From: Methanobacteriota archaeon
GTDB taxonomy: Archaea; Methanobacteriota; Methanobacteria; Methanobacteriales; Methanobacteriaceae
Assembly (NCBI GenBank): GCA_963787255.1
Contig: CAWBCJ010000029.1
Coordinates: 224,001-288,000 of the forward strand
Reading direction: 5' to 3'
DNA length: 64,000 nt
Shown: positions 57,931 to 64,000 of the stretch, piece after piece
Position numbering within the stretch: the first letter of the stretch is position 1
Layout of the letters: each line of letters begins with the position of its first letter
The notes under the pieces: model-generated
Seen by the model: only the letters and a program-made list of their open reading frames with translations
The model's database searches: none
Told to the model about the DNA's origin: nothing
Program-made: the position numbers and the translations under genes

Positions 57931-58509
57931 ATGGAAGAATATGCAATTATCTTGGATTATCTTCCTTTAGGTTACGTTAAAGAAGGTATACCCACATACA
58001 AAAGAAAGCCTGTAGCTCAGGCAATAGGTAAAGAAGAATTTACCCTCCTAGAACTCATTCCAAAAGAGGATGTAAACCTAGACATACACCAGAAAGTCTA
58101 CATAGGTTCAGGAAAACGTGATGAGATAGCCCGAGTAAATAGAAGGCTTAAACATGACGACCTAACATCTACAGCTAAGGTTGAATTAAATTACGTTATA
58201 GAAGAAATTATTAAGGCCAAAGAAGATAAATTTGTGGAATTTTTCAATGAAGCAGGCCCAATATCAACCAGACTTCATCAATTGGAACTGTTGCCTGGAA
58301 TTGGGAAAAAGCACATGTGGGATATTATTAAAGCACGAAAAGAAAAGCCCTTTGAAAGCTTTGATGATATTAAAAAACGAGTTACAATGTTATCCAACCC
58401 TTTAAAGCTTATTTCAAAGAGAATTCTCTTAGAACTTGAAGCTACAGGAGATAAAAAGGGAAAAAGAAAATATGTGCTCTTTACAAGACCCCCTGCAAAG
58501 AGAGTCTAA
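57931..58509 (+). CDS. DUF655 putative RNA-binding HhH protein
   Basis: EEYAIILDYLP.G, AQAIG..EFTLLE, RLHQLELLPGIGKK. Confidence 0.92.
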   Translation: MEEYAIILDYLPLGYVKEGIPTYKRKPVAQAIGKEEFTLLELIPKEDVNLDIHQKVYIGSGKRDEIARVNRRLKHDDLTSTAKVELNYVIEEIIKAKEDKFVEFFNEAGPISTRLHQLELLPGIGKKHMWDIIKARKEKPFESFDDIKKRVTMLSNPLKLISKRILLELEATGDKKGKRKYVLFTRPPAKRV

Positions 58510-58593
58510 TTTAAATTCCCATTTACTTATTTTATTTTTATTTTAAACTTAAATTTTTAGCCCAATCTTAAAATTATTGTCAGGTAAATCCAA

Positions 58594-59424
58594 ATGCTAG
58601 CAAAAGAAACTCTTAAAATACTTAAAGAGAATAACATAAGATTAGACCGACGTAAAGGGCAGAACTATCTGATAGATTCTAACATACTCCAAAAAATAGT
58701 CAATTATGCTGATTTATCCAAACATGATACTGTTTTAGAGATCGGGGCAGGAATAGGTACCCTCACCTTCTCCCTTGCTGAAAAGGCAGGGAAAGTTATT
58801 GCAGTAGAACAGGACGAAAGAATAGCTGCAGTTTTAGAGAAAAGACTACTTGAACTTGAAATTTCAAATGTGGAAGTTTTAAGGGCAGATGCTACAAAAA
58901 TTGATTTTCCAGAATTTAATAAAGTCGTTTCAAATCTTCCTTACAAAATTTCATCCCCCATAACATTCAAATTGTTTGAATATGATTTTGATTTTGCTGT
59001 GCTAATGTATCAGCTCGAATTCGCTCAAAGAATGGTTGCAAAACCAGGTGAATCTAATTATTCACGGCTTTCATTGATGATGCATTTTTGTGCTGATGTT
59101 GAAAAGCTTTTTGAAGTCTCAAAGCACTGTTTTTTCCCAGAACCCCAAATATCTTCTGCAGTGACTAAATTAATTCCAAAAAAAGTAGATGTTGACGAAT
59201 TTTTTGTAAAAACTTCAAGAGCTCTTTTCCAGCACAAAAAGAAAAAAGTTAGAAATGCACTGATCGATTCCTTCCACGAAATAGCCGAAGTGGATAAAAA
59301 AACAGCTAAAAAAATTGTTTCTAAACTGGATGAGAACCTTTTAAATGAAAGAGTTGTTAAACTACATCCTGAAGATGTTATGGTTATTTCAAAGCAACTG
59401 AAAGAATTAATAAAAAATTTATAA
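58594..59424 (+). CDS. ksgA: 16S rRNA dimethyladenosine transferase
   Basis: GQNYLID, LEIGAGIG, VSNLPY.ISSP. Confidence 0.96.
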   Translation: MLAKETLKILKENNIRLDRRKGQNYLIDSNILQKIVNYADLSKHDTVLEIGAGIGTLTFSLAEKAGKVIAVEQDERIAAVLEKRLLELEISNVEVLRADATKIDFPEFNKVVSNLPYKISSPITFKLFEYDFDFAVLMYQLEFAQRMVAKPGESNYSRLSLMMHFCADVEKLFEVSKHCFFPEPQISSAVTKLIPKKVDVDEFFVKTSRALFQHKKKKVRNALIDSFHEIAEVDKKTAKKIVSKLDENLLNERVVKLHPEDVMVISKQLKELIKNL

Positions 59425-59468
59425 ATTAAGGAATCCCTTAATTTAATCAAGAGTAAGGAGATAGAAAA

Positions 59469-59780
59469 ATGAGTCAAAATCCCTACGAATTATTCCAGAA
59501 AGAATGCCCCGAAGTAGCAGCCCGCTTTAACGACCTTATTGAAGCACAGAAAGCCCTAAAAGGATTAGATGCTAAATCAAAACAATTGATAAATATAGCC
59601 ATCCAGACAGCTAACCGTAACTCCAGAGGCGTGCAAATGCATGCAATGATGGCCAAAAACGAGGGTGCAACCCGTGAAGAAATTATAGGAGCAGTAGTTT
59701 TGAATTTACACCATTCAGGCTTTACATCAGTTCTTGAATGTCTTCCATCAGCTATTGCTGGATTTGAAGGTAAAATATGA
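59469..59780 (+). CDS. Carboxymuconolactone decarboxylase/AhpD-like protein
   Basis: LDAKSKQLINIA...H...AKNEGATREEI. Confidence 0.85.
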   Translation: MSQNPYELFQKECPEVAARFNDLIEAQKALKGLDAKSKQLINIAIQTANRNSRGVQMHAMMAKNEGATREEIIGAVVLNLHHSGFTSVLECLPSAIAGFEGKI

Positions 59781-59793
59781 GGAAATACTAATT

Positions 59794-60096
59794 ATGGATA
59801 TAAAAACTATTTATTCAAGAAAAATATCTTCAAAAGAAGCTGAAAAGGGTTTTATTTTCATTTTAAAAAATAAACTTTCATCTTTCCCTGCTTTAAATGA
59901 CAATTTTGTCCTTAGAGATACTGAATTATCACGAGAAGTCTGTGTAGATTCTTATCCGTGCATCTGCAGAGGACCTGATCGACCTCACGAGCATTATTTT
60001 ATTGACTGGGAAGGATTAGAAGCTGGAGATAAAATAGAAATCACAAAAAGCAGTTCTAGTGATGATAAATATTTTTTAAAGATTTATAAATCATAA
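59794..60096 (+). CDS. Hypothetical protein with CxC-x5-HxH motif
   Basis: ATG at 59794 after GAGG; YPCICRGPDRPHEHYFI...GLEAGDKIEI. Confidence 0.75.
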   Translation: MDIKTIYSRKISSKEAEKGFIFILKNKLSSFPALNDNFVLRDTELSREVCVDSYPCICRGPDRPHEHYFIDWEGLEAGDKIEITKSSSSDDKYFLKIYKS

Positions 60097-60155
60097 AATT
60101 AAATAAAAATTTTCATCTTATATATAATACAAAAATTCATCTGAAGGTAATCAAA

Positions 60156-60749
60156 ATGATAGAATACAAAGGAATAGTCATTTATACGCATCCAGAGGTT
60201 TACGAACCTGCAGAAGACACTTTCTTACTTGCTGAAAATCTAGATATTCAAAGAAAGGACGAAGTACTTGAAATAGGAATAGGAACCGGTTTAATAACAA
60301 TTTACACCGCCCAAAGAACAAGAAAAGTGGTTGCAACAGATATTAACGAACATGCCATTAAATGCGCCTTAAAAAATACTATTACCAATAGAACATATAA
60401 CATAGAACTAAGGAAAGGAAACCTTTTTGAACCAGTTGAAGGAGAAAAATTCGACCTTATTTTATTTAACACTCCATATCTCCCAACCTCTGAAGATGAA
60501 AAACTGAACGAAGAACTGAATGCTGCATTTGACGGAGGAATAGAAGGTAGAGACACCATAGATGCGTTTATTGAACAAGTTAAAGATTATTTAAATGAAG
60601 GGGGCCGTGTTCAACTGGTACAGTCTTCATTATCAGATAATGAAAAAACACTCACTAAACTGGAAGAATTAGGGTTTGAAGCTGAAATCACCGCCAATGA
60701 AAAATGTTTCTTTGAAGAAATTGTGGTTATAACTGCCCGAAAACGCTAA
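60156..60749 (+). CDS. HemK2/N6AMT1-family methyltransferase
   Basis: VYEPAEDTFLL, LEIGIGTG, FNTPY, DGG..GR. Confidence 0.93.
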   Translation: MIEYKGIVIYTHPEVYEPAEDTFLLAENLDIQRKDEVLEIGIGTGLITIYTAQRTRKVVATDINEHAIKCALKNTITNRTYNIELRKGNLFEPVEGEKFDLILFNTPYLPTSEDEKLNEELNAAFDGGIEGRDTIDAFIEQVKDYLNEGGRVQLVQSSLSDNEKTLTKLEELGFEAEITANEKCFFEEIVVITARKR

Positions 60750-61635
60750 GAAATAAGATTACTATTATTTGAAAGTAAATTAATATCAGATAAATAGAAA
60801 TTTGTAAATTAATATTCAATTTTTTATTTAAAATGTTTCAAGAAATTGAAAAATTAACATAGTAAAAAAAGAAATGAGCTATTAATTTTTAAGAAAAAAT
60901 GAAAAAAAATTTTAGAGATTAATTTACACTGTTTTGCCCATTTCATATGCTTCTTTCATTGCACTGCTACCTTTGATGTCTCCAATATTCAAAGCACCAG
61001 TTCCATAAATAATACCCTTTTCTTTTACCCTACTAAGGAAATAAGTAAATCCTCTAAATTCTTCGATGGTCCTTTCCATCATTTGCTTTCTGGGATTCGC
61101 GGCAGTCACAATGAAATATATATCCTTATTACTTATTTCAGTGTACCTCGAATAGGTTCTGTCAATTAGAGTTTTCATCTGTCCGTTCATGGTGTTAAAA
61201 TAAACAGGTGTTGCCATGACAATCACATCAGCAGCTATCATTTTATCCAGGACTTCAACCATGTCATCCTTCTGATCACAGATGTTCCCATTCCTTTTAC
61301 AGGTATCACATGCCACACAGTAATTGATTTCTTTATCTCTTAAGAAAATTTTCTCCGCTTGATTCCCTGCTTCTTTTGCTCCAAGAATAAATTGGTCGCA
61401 CAACAGGTCGGAGTTTCCGCCTTTTCTTGGGCTGGCGGACAGTACCAATATTTTTTTACTCATAGTATGATCTCCATATTCCTAATTTTATTTTTATTAT
61501 ACTAAATCTTGATCCTTCAACAATGCAAAAATCCACAAACAGCACCAGAATTATCCTTCTGATTCTCTTTTCAGGACAAAGATAAATTCTTCTCTCATAT
61601 TTAACCTTGAAATCATGTCATTGTGGTTATAACTG
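60720..61635 (+). repeat. 16-bp direct repeats ATTGTGGTTATAACTG, 900 bp apart
   Basis: Identical copies at 60720-60735 (inside the hemK 3' end) and 61620-61635. Confidence 0.85.
60924..61463 (-). CDS. Iron-sulfur flavoprotein / NADPH-dependent FMN reductase family
   Basis: SPRKGGNS, CVACDTC..C..KDD, ATPVYF. Confidence 0.92.
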   Translation of the reverse strand: MSKKILVLSASPRKGGNSDLLCDQFILGAKEAGNQAEKIFLRDKEINYCVACDTCKRNGNICDQKDDMVEVLDKMIAADVIVMATPVYFNTMNGQMKTLIDRTYSRYTEISNKDIYFIVTAANPRKQMMERTIEEFRGFTYFLSRVKEKGIIYGTGALNIGDIKGSSAMKEAYEMGKTV

Positions 61636-61778
61636 GAAAATTGAAATAAATTTTATTATATTTATTAAATTATTTTTTTAGGTTGGAATTTGCAAGCGTA
61701 GTTTGTTTTTAATGATCTCTGGGAAAATTTATTAACCATTTCTTTTCAATTAAATAATAAAGAATTCCAGATGATTTT

Positions 61779-62147
61779 ATGTTGATAAGAGACATCAAAA
61801 ACTGCAAGTATTTTAAAGCAATTGATAAAACCATTCTATGTGAGCTTTTACATCCCGAAAGAGAATGTGAAGATTTAAAAATCAATTATAGTATTGCACA
61901 TGCCATTTTAAAAGCTGGTGAATTATCTCTTGTTCATAGACTTAAAACTTCAGTTGAAATTTATTATATTCTTGAGGGAAAAGGAATTATGCACATAGAT
62001 GAGGAAAAGGAAACTGTGAATCCTGGACAGGTTATTTATATTCCTGCAAATTCAAAACAGTGCATTGAAAATATCGGGAATGATGAATTAAAGTTTCTTT
62101 GTATTGTTTATCCGATGTGGAAAGAGGAAGATGAGGAATTAGTGTAA
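61779..62147 (+). CDS. Cupin-domain protein
   Basis: H......EIYYILEGKG...PGQVIYIP...Q.IEN.G. Confidence 0.9.
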   Translation: MLIRDIKNCKYFKAIDKTILCELLHPERECEDLKINYSIAHAILKAGELSLVHRLKTSVEIYYILEGKGIMHIDEEKETVNPGQVIYIPANSKQCIENIGNDELKFLCIVYPMWKEEDEELV

Positions 62148-62162
62148 AAGAAAAAATAAATC

Positions 62163-62783
62163 CTAATAAATAACCATAACGCTCATATAACTGAATTCTA
62201 TTTCCGAAATATCTTTTAAAGATGCTTCAACTATTCTTTCGTCTTCATAACTGAGTTTTTCACACACTGCTGCTTTTCTATTTTCATGAACGCCTTTTCC
62301 AATTAGAAAATTTGCTAATTCCATAGGTTTGAAGTTTGGAAGTATTATTGTAGGTTTTCCATTGTCAATAACATCTAAAATTTCTTCTGAAATTCCTTTC
62401 CCGTGCATGGTAATTAAATCTGCCTCATTCCATGGCACCTTAAGCTTTGCGGCACATAACTGGACAGAACTCACTCCCGGGATGACTTCAATTTCAATAC
62501 TGCTTTTTAAGTTTAAAATTGGCTTTAAAACTCCTGAAAACCCAGGATCCCCAGTTGAAAGAAGTGCAACAGTCTTCCCTTTTTCAACTTTACTTAATGC
62601 TGCTTTTAGACTTTCATTCATGTTTTTAGCATTGAGTTCTATTTTTTCTTTGTTTGTTTCGAATAGATCTAAAGCTCTTTTGCTACCAATGATTACATCA
62701 GAATTTTTAACAGTTTTTAATGCTGCTTGAGTTAAATAATCACTGGATCCAGGACCTATTCCAACAATATAAAGTTTTGACAT
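62163..62783 (-). CDS. cbiE: Cobalt-precorrin-7 C5-methyltransferase
   Basis: IVGIGPG...YLT, STGDPGFSG, IPGVSS.Q, HG, EKLSY.DE. Confidence 0.92.
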   Translation of the reverse strand: MSKLYIVGIGPGSSDYLTQAALKTVKNSDVIIGSKRALDLFETNKEKIELNAKNMNESLKAALSKVEKGKTVALLSTGDPGFSGVLKPILNLKSSIEIEVIPGVSSVQLCAAKLKVPWNEADLITMHGKGISEEILDVIDNGKPTIILPNFKPMELANFLIGKGVHENRKAAVCEKLSYEDERIVEASLKDISEIEFSYMSVMVIY

Positions 62784-63004
62784 TAAATAACTCCTTATTA
62801 AGAAGAATCAGCATTATTGAGCTACTTTGCTAACAATTGAGATATGTATATCATTCTATTATAATAAATTTTAGGTTATCTATGGTGAAGTTAAAACATC
62901 TTACAGGTTAAATACACTATTTTGAACGATGTGGATTCTATAACTTCATTAGCCGGTAAAATATTAACTGGGAGTAATTAACATATATGCCCTAACTACT
63001 ATTA

Positions 63005-63160
63005 ATAACTGATACTACGATTCTTACAGTAAATGTAGACCCAAAGGGGGATTTCTACTATTATTCTCCAATTAATAATTAATTTAAATCAAACAAGCCA
63101 GGTAAAATTTATTATACATTCAATGGAACCAATACCACAAAATCAAGCATAGATTATACA
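63005..63160 (+). pseudogene. Remnant of a surface-protein CHB_HEX_C/Fn3-associated domain
   Basis: One frame reads TDTTILTVNVDPKGDFY...*FKSNKPGKIYYTFNGTNTTKSSIDYT, with TAA at 63080-63082. Confidence 0.6.
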
Positions 63161-63301
63161 TTTTCTAATTTTTTTTATCATTATCATTTAGCAACTATTT
63201 ATCTTATTTCGATTAATAATTTAATAATTTTTATTTCTCCAAAAGCATTATGTGTTATTGTTTAAAAATAGATATTCAGAAAGAAAACAGAGAGTGATAA
63301 A

Positions 63302-64000
63302 ATGCTTGAAATCGCTGTAACAGGAAAACCAAATGTCGGAAAATCATCATTTTTTAATTCAGCAACTTTATCAGAAATAGAAGTTGCAGATTACCCATTC
63401 ACAACTATAAATGCCAATAAAGCAGTTGCTTACGTCATATCAGACTGTCCGTGCGCAGAACTGGAGATAAATTGCAATCCAAAAAATTCAAAATGCATTG
63501 AAGGTAGCCGAATGATTCCAGTAGAATTAATTGACGTTGCAGGGCTTGTACCCGGAGCTCATGAAGGGCGTGGTCTTGGAAACAAGTTTTTAGATGAGTT
63601 AAGGCAGTCAAGAGCATTCATACATATAATTGATGCTTCTGGATCAACTGATGAAGAGGGAAGGCCAGTTGCGGCTGGATCCCATGATCCCCTTGAAGAC
63701 GTGGAATTTTTAGAGCATGAGATAGTAATGTGGCTTTTCGGCATATTAAAGAAAAACTGGAACAAATTAATACGAAAATACCTTTCAGAAAAGCTTGATT
63801 TTTCAAAGATAATACATGAACAATTCAGTGGAATAGGAATATCATTAGAAGACATTATTGAAGCAAAAAGAGCAGTTCCTGGAGAATATTTTAAATGGGA
63901 AGATGAAGACATTCAGGAATTTTTAGGTGTTTTACTGCGAATATCAAAACCAATGATTATAGTCGCCAATAAGGCTGATCTTCCAACTGCAGAAGAAAAT
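63302..64000 (+). CDS. ychF: YchF/Obg-family GTPase/ATPase, partial (runs off the window)
   Basis: [49 protein letters not shown]. Confidence 0.95.
   Translation, partial: MLEIAVTGKPNVGKSSFFNSATLSEIEVADYPFTTINANKAVAYVISDCPCAELEINCNPKNSKCIEGSRMIPVELIDVAGLVPGAHEGRGLGNKFLDELRQSRAFIHIIDASGSTDEEGRPVAAGSHDPLEDVEFLEHEIVMWLFGILKKNWNKLIRKYLSEKLDFSKIIHEQFSGIGISLEDIIEAKRAVPGEYFKWEDEDIQEFLGVLLRISKPMIIVANKADLPTAEEN

Overview
AT-rich archaeal chromosome segment, most consistent with a hydrogenotrophic methanogen of the Methanobacteriales (Methanobacterium-like). The evidence is the frhADGB operon, a split PolB large subunit, archaeal information-processing genes and an archaeal RNase P RNA. About 1-17 kb is an accessory patchwork: flavodoxins, nitroreductases, GNATs, a rhodanese, an aldo/keto reductase, a DUF2769-type Cys-rich protein and an orphan phage MuF-like gene, around polB1. 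About 17-25 kb holds larB, hypF and an HSR1/Phr-like repressor divergent from grpE-dnaK-dnaJ. About 25-29.5 kb is an accessory block: DedA, a frameshifted F420-dependent LLM oxidoreductase, EamA, and a sugar-dehydrogenase beta-propeller fused to a 10-Cys domain. It is followed by rnpB, tRNA-iMet, membrane coiled-coil genes, map, frhADGB, two tRNA-Arg genes, a MoxR/VWA pair, EndoQ, and a long conserved superoperon (PAC2, nop10, aIF2alpha, S27e, L44e, GINS, PCNA, TFS, rpoL, csl4, dph2, hpt, srp54, pus10, L21e, rpoF, ksgA, hemK), then cbiE and a partial ychF. No CRISPR array, rRNA, transposase or integrase is visible. The best leads are the quinoprotein-like dehydrogenase/10-Cys fusion module, the orphan MuF gene, a 900-bp cassette bounded by a duplicated hemK 3' end, a candidate heat-shock operator and REP-like hairpins. 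Several single-base frameshifts may be sequencing errors. All family calls are from recognition of motifs by eye, not database searches.
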